This document shows, in pieces, positions 10,273 to 19,072 of a DNA stretch of 64,000 nucleotides. The stretch is from Candidatus Saccharimonadota bacterium (lineage in GTDB: Bacteria > Patescibacteriota > Saccharimonadia > Saccharimonadales > OFTM59): positions 2,546-66,545 of the forward strand of contig JAJDCL010000008.1 of assembly GCA_029260875.1 (NCBI GenBank), in the 5' to 3' direction. A model generated the notes under the pieces. The model saw only the letters and a program-made list of their open reading frames with translations, had not been told where the DNA came from and did not search any database. The position numbers were made by a program, and so were the translations under genes. The stretch's first letter is position 1, and each line of letters starts with the position of its first letter.

Positions 10273-11235
10273 CTAAAGCGACGACTGGTGGCTATCAATA
10301 GCATTAATCAGATCTTTCTGCTCAACGGCTAGTGAATTATGTTCCTCTACCATCTGATTCATTTTTTGAACTTTTGCGTTGTAATCTGTAATAAGTTTAC
10401 GATATTGCCCAACAAGATTATTATATGGACCGACCCCCGCGTTATATTCTTCTGTGCGACCTTGCTGTCTTAGTCTACTTAGCTGTTCTGCGTCGGCATT
10501 TAAGTTACTCTCAAATTTATCAATTTCTATTTTTTGCTGTCTTAGCTCATTCTCTATTGCCGCTATTTGCTCGCTTAGCAGCCTAATACGATTTAACTTT
10601 TCTGTAAACACAGCTTCGTATTGCTCGGAAAACGCAACTACCGCTTGTCTATTAGTGAAGTATCGCTGATAGTAGGACTCTAAATCTGAAGGCAGCACCC
10701 TTACTTCTGTGGCAAGAATAGAATGAAGTTCATTGCTTACCACAGTTCGGTCGCGCTCCTCGTAAGAGGCTACAACCTTCTTTATGCGCTCATCATTTAG
10801 ATTATCAAATGCGTTCTTGGTCATACGATCAACAGCCTGCTTTTCGGATGCACTTAGTCTGTCGTAGGCTGCGTGCAGCATTTCATGGGCTGATGTTACT
10901 TCCTCTACGCCTTCTAGCCGGGGATCTTCTACATCAAAGATATATATTGACCTATGTGTGATATAACACCCGAGTACTATAGTTTGCTCAAATCCTGCAC
11001 AATTTACATTAAATGCAGTTCTGTCATTAAGCTGCGGGGCATGTACATAAAACAGCTTTCGCCCCTCATCGGTCATCTGTGTATGCTCTGTGAGCTCAGC
11101 AATCCGCGCTGGAGGCGTATAGCCTCTTAGGCGCAACCAGTCCGAGATGTTCTGATGCTGCCATAGCAGCACGAAAGGTAATGCAGCTACGACTACTATG
11201 AATAGTGTTTTTAAGATTCTCCGAAGCGCGTGCAT
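10273..11235 (-). CDS. membrane-anchored putative zinc metalloprotease-like protein with C-terminal coiled coil
   Basis: 320 aa. N-terminal TM helix, HExxH motif (SAHEMLHAAY) and a long heptad-rich C-terminal half. No named family recognised. Confidence 0.45.
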   Translation of the reverse strand: MHALRRILKTLFIVVVAALPFVLLWQHQNISDWLRLRGYTPPARIAELTEHTQMTDEGRKLFYVHAPQLNDRTAFNVNCAGFEQTIVLGCYITHRSIYIFDVEDPRLEGVEEVTSAHEMLHAAYDRLSASEKQAVDRMTKNAFDNLNDERIKKVVASYEERDRTVVSNELHSILATEVRVLPSDLESYYQRYFTNRQAVVAFSEQYEAVFTEKLNRIRLLSEQIAAIENELRQQKIEIDKFESNLNADAEQLSRLRQQGRTEEYNAGVGPYNNLVGQYRKLITDYNAKVQKMNQMVEEHNSLAVEQKDLINAIDSHQSSL

Positions 11236-11326
11236 AAAGTCAGTCTATCATAACGGACAGTTCACATGTACGGCACTGGCTAGCCGTAAGCACGTTTTAG
11301 CAAAACCATTACTTAGAATATGGCAC

Positions 11327-13819
11327 CTAAACAGCAACCGCTTCAGTGACTGACTCGTAGGTAAGAGCACCATCACTAACGCTAACTCTTACGATCTCGC
11401 CCTTACTGTATCTATCATTTAGTAATTCGCTGGCAATATGGTCTTCAATAGTATCTTGTATAAGCCGTCGCATGGGCCTTACTCCGTTATGGGCATCGTA
11501 TCCATTTTGGAGCAAATATCTTTTAGCAGACGTGCTGACGTTTAAACCCAAACCGTGCTTAATAAGCCGATTTCTAAGCTCATCAATCTGCAAATCTAAG
11601 ATCTTCATGACATCTTTACGAGTCAAAGCGCGGAATACGATCGTCTTATCAATACGATTTATTAACTCTGGCCTCATTAGTTTTTTAAGCTCATCGTGTA
11701 CCTTGCTTTTGTTGGCAGCGTGCAGGGCGTCAAGGTCTTTGAGCTCCTTATTGTGGACAGCGCGAAAGCCAAGGTTAGCTTCTTTTTGCAGCTTTTCAGC
11801 GCCAATATTACTTGTCATTATTATGATTGCATTTGTAAAATCTATTTTGCGACCTTTTGCATCAGTCAGAACGCCATCTTCCAGTATTTGGAGCAGCATG
11901 TTGAAGACCTCAGGGTGAGCCTTCTCAATTTCATCAAACAACACGAGGCTGTACGGCTGACGTCTAATCTTATCCGTTAATTGGCCGCCTTCATCATATC
12001 CCACATATCCAGCTGGCGCACCGACAAGACGTGCTGCGGTATGTCGCTCACTAAATTCGCTCATGTCTATTTTCACAAGCGATTCTTCGCCACCAAAAAA
12101 TTCGCGCGCTAGAACCCGCGCAAGCTCAGTTTTTCCTACCCCCGTAGGCCCCAGAAATATAAATGAGCCTATCGGTCTCGTGCCCGCACTAATCCCCACT
12201 CGGTTACGACGGACAGCACCAGAAACTGCTTTGACAGCTTCATTCTGACCTATAACATGCTTGCTAAGACTTTTCTCTAGATTCAACAAATATTTAGCTT
12301 CAGCTCGTATAACCTTTTTTACAGGCACACCTGTCATACGCGCTATGACCTCGGCAATATCGTCACTTGTCATTATCAGCTTATTGGCAGCCTTATCGCC
12401 AACCTGTAGAGTTTTGATCTCTTCGCTAATTTGTATGGCACGCTGCTTGTAGCTTGCAGCTTTTTCATAATCGCCGATTTCTGCAGCTTCTTCCTTGCGA
12501 ACATTACAAAGCTTTAGTTCCTTCTGAAGCTTGCGTAGTTGAGGTGGTGTTTTGCCTTTGTCAACTCTTAGGTGAGCCGACGTCTCGTCAAGCAGGTCAA
12601 TTGCTTTGTCAGGCATAAACCGATCATTAATGTAACGGCTTGCCAATTTGACAGTGTCTTCTAAAACTTCATCGCTAACCTTAACCCCATGAAATTCTTC
12701 ATAATGTTTTCGTAGCCCCTTCAATATAGAAATTGTCTCAGATATGGTAGTTTCTGGCACTTGAATAGGCTGAAACCGTCTTTCTAGTGCAGCGTCCTTT
12801 TCAACATGCTTTGTATATTCATCAGTGGTAGTTGCACCAATGACTTGGATTTTTCCACGAGCCAGTACTGGTTTTAGGATGTTGCCAGCATCCATTGCGC
12901 CCTCAGCAGCACCAGCGCCCACAATCAAATGCAACTCGTCAATGAAAATTATGGTTATTTTATCGTTTTTGAGCTCTGACATTACTTTCTTTAGTCGTTC
13001 CTCAAATTCGCCTCGGTATTTAGTCCCAGCGATCATGCCGGCTAAATCCAACATCACAATTCTTTTATCAAGCAGGCTATCCGGAACATCTTCTGTGACT
13101 ATTCTCTGCGCCAAGCCTTCTACAATAGCTGTCTTACCGACTCCAGGTTCGCCGATGAGCACAGGGTTATTCTTTGTGCGCCTGTTTAAAATTGTTATAA
13201 CTCTACGTATTTGCGGGTCACGCCCCACTACCGGGTCCAGTTCTCCGCGCCGAGCTTGTGCAGTCAGGTCGGTACCAAAAAAATCTAGTGCCGTTTTACG
13301 CTGTTTCTTTGTCCTACTTATGTTTTCTGAAGCATGCTCGCTCTCATCTTCGTATTGCTGACGGTTTAAAAACTGCTCAAGCTCACCCAAAAGACTATCT
13401 AAAGACACATTCATATCCCGCAGTAAGACCGTTGCCCTGGAATTCTTTTGTTTAAGAATGCTGTATAGGATATGTTCCGTCCCGCAAAACTCCTGATTAA
13501 AATCTTGGGCAATGTCATAGGCCATGTTTAGAGTTAATTTGGCCGTTTCACTTAGCCCTTTTGCCCCCATATTAATTACTAGAGTTTTAGGCGTAAGATT
13601 CAGGGCTAATCGTGCTCGGTCTAGGGTCACACCAATCCCTTCTAACATCTTAGCGCCGATACTTGAATCTTGGGCCAATAAACCAAGCAACAAGTGTTCA
13701 GTGCCAATATAAGCACTACCGAAGCTGCGCGCTATTGAGTCGGCATGCTTAAGGCTCTGCAGCGCGTTACCTGTGAGATGATTCAAAAAATCCTGAAATT
13801 CAGATGATTGTGGCATCAT
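11327..13819 (-). CDS. clpC: ATP-dependent Clp protease ATP-binding subunit ClpC (class I Hsp100 AAA+)
   Basis: 830 aa. Two Clp_N repeats, Walker A GEPGVGKTA and GPTGVGKTELA, a short UVR-like linker (GDYEKAASYKQRA) and an LGF ClpP-docking-type loop. Confidence 0.88.
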   Translation of the reverse strand: MMPQSSEFQDFLNHLTGNALQSLKHADSIARSFGSAYIGTEHLLLGLLAQDSSIGAKMLEGIGVTLDRARLALNLTPKTLVINMGAKGLSETAKLTLNMAYDIAQDFNQEFCGTEHILYSILKQKNSRATVLLRDMNVSLDSLLGELEQFLNRQQYEDESEHASENISRTKKQRKTALDFFGTDLTAQARRGELDPVVGRDPQIRRVITILNRRTKNNPVLIGEPGVGKTAIVEGLAQRIVTEDVPDSLLDKRIVMLDLAGMIAGTKYRGEFEERLKKVMSELKNDKITIIFIDELHLIVGAGAAEGAMDAGNILKPVLARGKIQVIGATTTDEYTKHVEKDAALERRFQPIQVPETTISETISILKGLRKHYEEFHGVKVSDEVLEDTVKLASRYINDRFMPDKAIDLLDETSAHLRVDKGKTPPQLRKLQKELKLCNVRKEEAAEIGDYEKAASYKQRAIQISEEIKTLQVGDKAANKLIMTSDDIAEVIARMTGVPVKKVIRAEAKYLLNLEKSLSKHVIGQNEAVKAVSGAVRRNRVGISAGTRPIGSFIFLGPTGVGKTELARVLAREFFGGEESLVKIDMSEFSERHTAARLVGAPAGYVGYDEGGQLTDKIRRQPYSLVLFDEIEKAHPEVFNMLLQILEDGVLTDAKGRKIDFTNAIIIMTSNIGAEKLQKEANLGFRAVHNKELKDLDALHAANKSKVHDELKKLMRPELINRIDKTIVFRALTRKDVMKILDLQIDELRNRLIKHGLGLNVSTSAKRYLLQNGYDAHNGVRPMRRLIQDTIEDHIASELLNDRYSKGEIVRVSVSDGALTYESVTEAVAV

Positions 13820-13876
13820 ACGCCAAAATACCCTTCTTTATCTTATAGGTGCAGCGAGGTTTCCGCCACTATTACA

Positions 13877-13904
13877 ATAATATCATTTGGCACTCAAAGG
13901 TCAA
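13877..13904 (-). promoter_or_regulatory. putative clpC promoter (TTGACC-N16-TGaTATTAT)
   Basis: On the minus strand: -35 TTGACC (13904-13899), a 16-nt spacer ending in TGa, and -10 TATTAT (13882-13877). This lies about 55 nt upstream of the ATG at 13819. Confidence 0.5.
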
Positions 13905-13913
13905 GAGTGCCAA
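13887..13913. promoter_or_regulatory. CIRCE-like inverted repeat (HrcA-type operator)
   Basis: TTGGCACTC-N9-GAGTGCCAA is a perfect 9-bp dyad. It matches the CIRCE consensus TTAGCACTC-N9-GAGTGCTAA at 16/18 arm positions, and the two deviations are dyad-symmetric. Confidence 0.7.
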
Positions 13914-13921
13914 ATTCACTG

Positions 13922-13972
13922 GCTCAGTCAACAAACGTGAGACAGGCGTAGTTTGTAGGTAGTTGACTGAGC
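13922..13972. repeat. 11-bp perfect inverted repeat (GCTCAGTCAAC ... GTTGACTGAGC) with a 29-nt spacer
   Basis: Arms at 13922-13932 and 13962-13972, with an inner ACAAAC/GTTTGT pairing. It sits between the nusA stop and the CIRCE element and has no U-tract. Confidence 0.6.
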
Positions 13973-13994
13973 TGCCATATTATTACTATGGCTA

Positions 13995-15155
13995 CTATTC
14001 CTTGTCAGTACCATGCTGTTCAATTGCTTCAAGCAAGGAGCTTTCAAGCTCTGTCTTCTTTTTCAACTTTTGCACGACTGGCTTAGCTTCCGTTTTATCA
14101 GGCTCCTGAGCAGCATCAGATTCCCCTATAATATCAATCTCGTAGCCCGTTAACTTACTAGCCAGACGAACATTTTGCCCCCCCTTGCCTATGGCTATGC
14201 TGAGCTGGTCTTCAGGGACGATCACCCTTGCTTTATTACTCTTCGGGTCTATCTCAACCTTTGAAACACGTGTCGGGCTTAGTGCATTAGTGATATAGGT
14301 GGCTAAATCATCACTCCACACTACAATATCAATCTTTTCTTGCTCTCCCGTTTCACTCATTACAGCATTAACACGTGTACCATGACCGCCAACAAAAGTA
14401 CCCACAGGGTCAACACCCTGCACCGTGCTGTGAACGGCAAGCTTTGTACGCACACCAGCCTCTCTTGCGAGGCCTTTTATTTCAACTGCTCCGTTTTCCA
14501 TCTCAGGGACCTCAGCACGGAAAAGCCATTCAATAAACTGAGTATTGCCGCGAGAAACCACCAGCTGGGGACCACGGAATCCGCGCTCTACATCCTTTAG
14601 AAAAACCTTCAGCCGTTGGCCGGGGAAGTATCGCTCGCCTTGAATTTGCTCACTGCGGGGCATTATCCCTTGAGCTTTGCCAAGATCAATCCTTACAATA
14701 TTGCCCTCAACACGACCTACGATACCGTTAATTACAGTGCCTATTTTGTCCTCGTATTCGTTCATAATAATTTCACGCTCTGCTTCTCGTAACCTTTGTA
14801 AAATCACCTGTTTGGCGGTTTGTGCAGCAACACGGCCAAAGTCTTCAATATTTTCCTTGACCTCAATCGTCTCGCCAACTTTGGCATTCTTTTTCATTAC
14901 TGACGCGTCTTTGTAGCTTATTTCAAAGTTTTGGTCCTTTACAGAGTCAACGATTTCCTTCGTTATATAGGCTGTTAAGTCGCCGGTGTTGAGGTTCATA
15001 CTGACCCTAACTTCCTGCTCGCGCTCACCATAATCACGTCTGTAAGCAGCAGCTAATGCTTGCTCTACAACTTCCTGTACTGACTCTTCTGGCAAATTTT
15101 TCTCTTCAGCAATTGTCTTAATGGCTGTTGCCAACTGTTTCATATCTAAGTCCAT
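13995..15155 (-). CDS. nusA: transcription termination/antitermination factor NusA
   Basis: 386 aa. NusA N-terminal domain, S1 domain and two KH domains (IAIGKGGQNVRLASKLTG). AGGAG Shine-Dalgarno 6 nt upstream. Confidence 0.95.
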   Translation of the reverse strand: MDLDMKQLATAIKTIAEEKNLPEESVQEVVEQALAAAYRRDYGEREQEVRVSMNLNTGDLTAYITKEIVDSVKDQNFEISYKDASVMKKNAKVGETIEVKENIEDFGRVAAQTAKQVILQRLREAEREIIMNEYEDKIGTVINGIVGRVEGNIVRIDLGKAQGIMPRSEQIQGERYFPGQRLKVFLKDVERGFRGPQLVVSRGNTQFIEWLFRAEVPEMENGAVEIKGLAREAGVRTKLAVHSTVQGVDPVGTFVGGHGTRVNAVMSETGEQEKIDIVVWSDDLATYITNALSPTRVSKVEIDPKSNKARVIVPEDQLSIAIGKGGQNVRLASKLTGYEIDIIGESDAAQEPDKTEAKPVVQKLKKKTELESSLLEAIEQHGTDKE

Positions 15156-15251
15156 GATAGTCTCCTTATTATTGTCAAAACCTATTAAAAAAGCCGACCT
15201 GCCGGCCGACTACTACACGATAAGTCTACATTCTTAGCTGCGAAGAGTCAA

Positions 15252-15260
15252 TGCTACAAT
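15252..15260 (+). promoter_or_regulatory. extended -10 (TGcTACAAT) 8 nt upstream of the pepN ATG
   Basis: TGcTACAAT at 15252-15260 and ATG at 15269. No Shine-Dalgarno fits in between. Confidence 0.5.
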
Positions 15261-15268
15261 AGAATGCT

Positions 15269-17845
15269 ATGGGAAATATCCTGAAGAGACTTTACAAACA
15301 ATTTCAGCCGAGCCACTACGCGCTTGAGCTGGATTTAAGCCCTGACAGCATGAAATTTACCGGTAGGGTAATTATTACAGGCAAGAAGGTTGGGCCTCCA
15401 TCAAAACGACTAGTGTTCCACCAGCACGGTCTTACAATTACAACGGCCTCTATAGTCAAACGCAGCAAGCATGAAGATCAACATATAGCCGTTGATCGCA
15501 TTAATCACCACAGTACATATGATGAAGTTCGCTTGCATTCAAAAGACACGATATACCCGGGCACATACGCGGTTACAATGAGCTTTAGGGGCAAAATACA
15601 GGAAGGTATGCACGGTATATATTTGTCTCGGTATAAGATTAAAAGCAAACAGGCAGTTGTCGTTTCTACCCAGTTTGAAAGTCATCACGCCCGCGAGGCT
15701 TTCCCGGGGATTGATGAACCAGAAGCAAAAGCAACCTTTGACCTGACTATCATAACGCCCAACAACACCGTCCTTGGCAACATGCCCATTAAATCTCAAA
15801 GCAAAGATAGCAGTAAACTTGTAACCACATTTGACACCACTCCCTTAATGTCAACCTACCTTTTAGCATTTGTTTACGGGGATTTGCAGTCCAAGGAAAC
15901 AACAACCAAGGACAATGTACAGGTAAGGGTTTGGTCTACAAAGGCCCATTCAGTTGACTCGCTTGATTATGCCCTTAATGTGGTTAAGGATGGTATAGAA
16001 TTTTTTAATGATTATTATGGGGTGCCGTATCCTCTGCCAAAGTGCGACAACATAGCCTTACCAGAGTTTTCGTCAGGCGCAATGGAAAACTGGGGCCTTA
16101 TTACATATCGTGAATCGGTGTTGTTGGTAGACCCAAAGACGGCCTCGCAGAATAACCGCGAAACAGCCACCCTTGTCTGCTTACATGAACTGTCCCATCA
16201 ATGGTTCGGCAACCTCGTGACGATGAAATGGTGGGACGATTTATGGTTAAACGAAAGTTTCGCTAATGTCATGGAATATGTTGCAGCCGATGCCCTACAC
16301 CCAGATTGGCGTGTTTGGGACACGTTCACCAGTTCCGAAGGGCTGTCTGCTTTTCGTCGGGACGCCATCAATGGTGTGCAGGCAATAAAAACACCCGTCA
16401 ATCACCCTGGCGAGATATCAACCCTGTTTGATCCGTCAATTGTCTACGCCAAAGGTGGTCGTCTACTTAATATGCTAATGAATTATATCGGCGAACAAGA
16501 TTTTAAAGTTGGACTAAGAGACTATTTTGTTCGGCATGCCTACAAAAACACTACTGGCGATGATCTATGGGAATCCCTAGGAAAGGCAAGCGGCAAAGAC
16601 GTAAAGGCGTTTATGATACCATGGCTGACACAACCCGGCTTCCCTGTGGTTAATGTGAAACAGACAGATAAAAAGCTTACTATAGGACAAACTCATTTCA
16701 CACTAGACCCGAAAAAGGCCGACTCATCGCGCGCTTGGCCTGTGCCCACGCTTTGCAGCGATAAAAGTGTATTACCGTTACTTGCCAGCAAGGACCTGAA
16801 AATAACACTTGCCTCTAGTGATTTTGTTCGTCTGAATAAAGGTGCTGTTGGGCATTTCATAGTAAATTACCAAGAACCGAGTCACGCTCTTACTGTTGCT
16901 CGCTTGATAAGTAAACATCAAATAAGCGAGTCAGAACGTCTGATGTTTCTAAGTGACAGCTCAATGCTTGCTCGTGGCGGAGTTCAAGCTTTTGCTAGCA
17001 CTTTGCAGCTACTGGAACAATATACAAACGAGGACAGTGAGCCGGTGTGGGACATGATTGCGCTTATATTGGCTGACTTAAGGCGTTTTATCGATTCAGC
17101 TCCGGAAATTGAAGGTCAAATTAAAGCATTGGTACGAAAACTGATCGAGACACAGTTTCAGCGTCTCGGCTGGCAGGAAGATTCCGACGAGCCTGTTCAG
17201 GATACAAAATTACGCGCAACCATAATAAGCCTTGGCGTTTATGCTAAACATAAGCAAATCACCAATCATGCAATAGAACTTTTTGAAATCTATAAAAATG
17301 ACGGGGCTAAAATACCGGCAGAACTCAGAAGCACAGTATTTGGAGCCGCTGTTCGCAACGAAGTATCTGGTGCATTTGATTACCTACTTAGACTCGAGGA
17401 AAGCACTAGTAATGTTAACCTCAAGCAGGACATAATGTCAGCGCTTACAACTACTAAAATTTCATCAGAGATTAAAGTGCTGCTAGACAGACTCCCGTAC
17501 GGTCAAAAAGTTCGACTCCAGGACGTTGACCACTGGCTGGCCTATCTTTTGCGCAGCCGGCACGCCCAGGAGCAAGCCTGGGATTGGATGCGTAAAAATT
17601 GGGAGTGGATTGAAAAGAACTTTAGTGGCGACAAATCATATGATTATTTCCCCCGCTACGCTGCCAGCGCTTTAAATACCCGAAAACGTTTGGATGAATA
17701 CGTTAAGTTTTTTGGCCCGTACAAGTCACACCCTGCTTTAGGCCGTAATGTGGCAATGGGGGCAGAAGAGTTAAGTACGCGTATTGAATGGCTAGAACGC
17801 GACACAGAGCTAGTACGAAAATATTTAAAAACTCACGTTAGCTAG
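15269..17845 (+). CDS. pepN: M1-family aminopeptidase N
   Basis: 858 aa. GAMENWG exopeptidase motif, HELSHQWFGNLVT-(18)-WLNESFA zinc site and a C-terminal ERAP1-like helical domain. Confidence 0.9.
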   Translation: MGNILKRLYKQFQPSHYALELDLSPDSMKFTGRVIITGKKVGPPSKRLVFHQHGLTITTASIVKRSKHEDQHIAVDRINHHSTYDEVRLHSKDTIYPGTYAVTMSFRGKIQEGMHGIYLSRYKIKSKQAVVVSTQFESHHAREAFPGIDEPEAKATFDLTIITPNNTVLGNMPIKSQSKDSSKLVTTFDTTPLMSTYLLAFVYGDLQSKETTTKDNVQVRVWSTKAHSVDSLDYALNVVKDGIEFFNDYYGVPYPLPKCDNIALPEFSSGAMENWGLITYRESVLLVDPKTASQNNRETATLVCLHELSHQWFGNLVTMKWWDDLWLNESFANVMEYVAADALHPDWRVWDTFTSSEGLSAFRRDAINGVQAIKTPVNHPGEISTLFDPSIVYAKGGRLLNMLMNYIGEQDFKVGLRDYFVRHAYKNTTGDDLWESLGKASGKDVKAFMIPWLTQPGFPVVNVKQTDKKLTIGQTHFTLDPKKADSSRAWPVPTLCSDKSVLPLLASKDLKITLASSDFVRLNKGAVGHFIVNYQEPSHALTVARLISKHQISESERLMFLSDSSMLARGGVQAFASTLQLLEQYTNEDSEPVWDMIALILADLRRFIDSAPEIEGQIKALVRKLIETQFQRLGWQEDSDEPVQDTKLRATIISLGVYAKHKQITNHAIELFEIYKNDGAKIPAELRSTVFGAAVRNEVSGAFDYLLRLEESTSNVNLKQDIMSALTTTKISSEIKVLLDRLPYGQKVRLQDVDHWLAYLLRSRHAQEQAWDWMRKNWEWIEKNFSGDKSYDYFPRYAASALNTRKRLDEYVKFFGPYKSHPALGRNVAMGAEELSTRIEWLERDTELVRKYLKTHVS

Positions 17846-17848
17846 CCC

Positions 17849-18181
17849 CTATATTTCATCTACGAACGTTATGTCGTCACCGTCCATACCTATTGCCGCA
17901 AGCTGATACTCTCCACTCCAATTATTTGCACCAACCCATACTTCAGCTGCAAACTCCATCTTGCGAAGCTTGCCGTGCGTAACATAATCCAAGCCTCTTC
18001 CCTGTTTAGTATTCTGCCTGTACTTCACCTCAACAAAATATATTACTTTGTTTTTTTCAGCGACAATATCAATTTCACAATAACGGGTTTTCCAATTAAG
18101 CTGTATTATTGCAAAACCTTGCTGCTCAAGATAATTTGCAGCTCGCACTTCCGCCTCGTGCCCAGCTTTATAGTTAGACAT
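17849..18181 (-). CDS. yraN: YraN-family endonuclease (UPF0102)
   Basis: 110 aa. GHEAEVRAANYLEQQGF...CEIDIVA...YFVEVKYR restriction-endonuclease-like core. Overlaps the rnhB stop by 8 nt. Confidence 0.85.
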   Translation of the reverse strand: MSNYKAGHEAEVRAANYLEQQGFAIIQLNWKTRYCEIDIVAEKNKVIYFVEVKYRQNTKQGRGLDYVTHGKLRKMEFAAEVWVGANNWSGEYQLAAIGMDGDDITFVDEI

Positions 18182-18737
18182 TTTTTACCAATAAACTTTG
18201 AATGGGTTTATAAGAAAATCGGTGTAAATCACATGGACCATGAAGTTTGAGCATTGTATGATGTTGCCTAGTGCCATAGCCCACGTGTTTGTCAAACCCG
18301 TATACCGGATACTGCTGAGCAATTGTGTTCATATAAGAATCTCTGGCTACCTTAGCAACTATACTAGCGGCACTCACACACGGGACAGTTATATCAGCTT
18401 TTATAATTGCAACAGATTTTGGATTATCTGCTAAAAAATTAAGTTTTCCATCTATGATTATCTCATCGTATTTAGATTTTATTCCTTCAACCGCCGCTTT
18501 CATGGCCGCTCTCGTCGCTGCGGTCAGGCCAATTTGGTCGATCTTACTAGCTGAAACCCAGCCTAGACTTACCTCGCAGCTCTTAAGTATTGCCTCGGAT
18601 AATTCCTCGCGCTGCCCTTTTGTAAGAAGTTTGGAATCTGTAAGCCCCTTGATTGGGCTGCTAAGTATGACAGCAGCAGCCACCAGTGGCCCGGCCCAGC
18701 AACCTCTCCCTACTTCATCTATACCCAATACTTGCAT
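18174..18737 (-). CDS. rnhB: ribonuclease HII
   Basis: 187 aa. GIDEVGRGCWAGPLVAAAV catalytic N-terminus and DSKLL motif. Confidence 0.95.
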   Translation of the reverse strand: MQVLGIDEVGRGCWAGPLVAAAVILSSPIKGLTDSKLLTKGQREELSEAILKSCEVSLGWVSASKIDQIGLTAATRAAMKAAVEGIKSKYDEIIIDGKLNFLADNPKSVAIIKADITVPCVSAASIVAKVARDSYMNTIAQQYPVYGFDKHVGYGTRQHHTMLKLHGPCDLHRFSYKPIQSLLVKNV

Positions 18738-19022
18738 TCTATATCAATCCGTTACAAGGTGTATCCTTGTTAACTGTAGCACGTCTGCTTGAGCTCAGTA
18801 TAGCCAGCACCCCAAGCGCCACTGGCCCGCTGAACGTCAGCACCGTATCGGTGAAATTACCAACCCAATTAAACGTAGTGAGGTGTTAAAAATCTAGTCG
18901 TAAGCACAGATGAAAGATACTGTTCTGAGCCAAAAATTATTGATACACAGCCCATAACTGTAGAATTTCGTATGTTCAACGGTTTGTGGAGCAGCAACTT
19001 GCTGCACTACAATTGCGATTAC

Positions 19023-19051
19023 AAAAAACAGCTTAAAAGGCAGTAGCCTTC
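19023..19051 (-). terminator. weak intrinsic-terminator-like hairpin downstream of rplS
   Basis: Minus strand GGAAGGC-tact-GCCTTTT (includes G.U pairs) followed by AAGCTG and a T6 run. The U-tract is not directly adjacent to the stem. Confidence 0.3.
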
Positions 19052-19072
19052 CTTTATTAGTTATAAATAAAA

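Noticed and set aside
12825-13361. 178-aa plus-strand ORF, with further plus-strand ORFs at 11472..11918, 13258..13455 and others, inside clpC.
   Set aside because: These are antisense shadow ORFs of a strongly supported gene. Their translations are Ser/Pro/Leu-rich low complexity with no motifs.
13899-13932. GGTCAAG and AGTCAAC heptads resembling CtsR-box repeats upstream of clpC.
   Set aside because: A CtsR operator is a tandem heptad repeat separated by 3 nt. These two are 27 bp apart and belong to the CIRCE spacer and the large dyad respectively.
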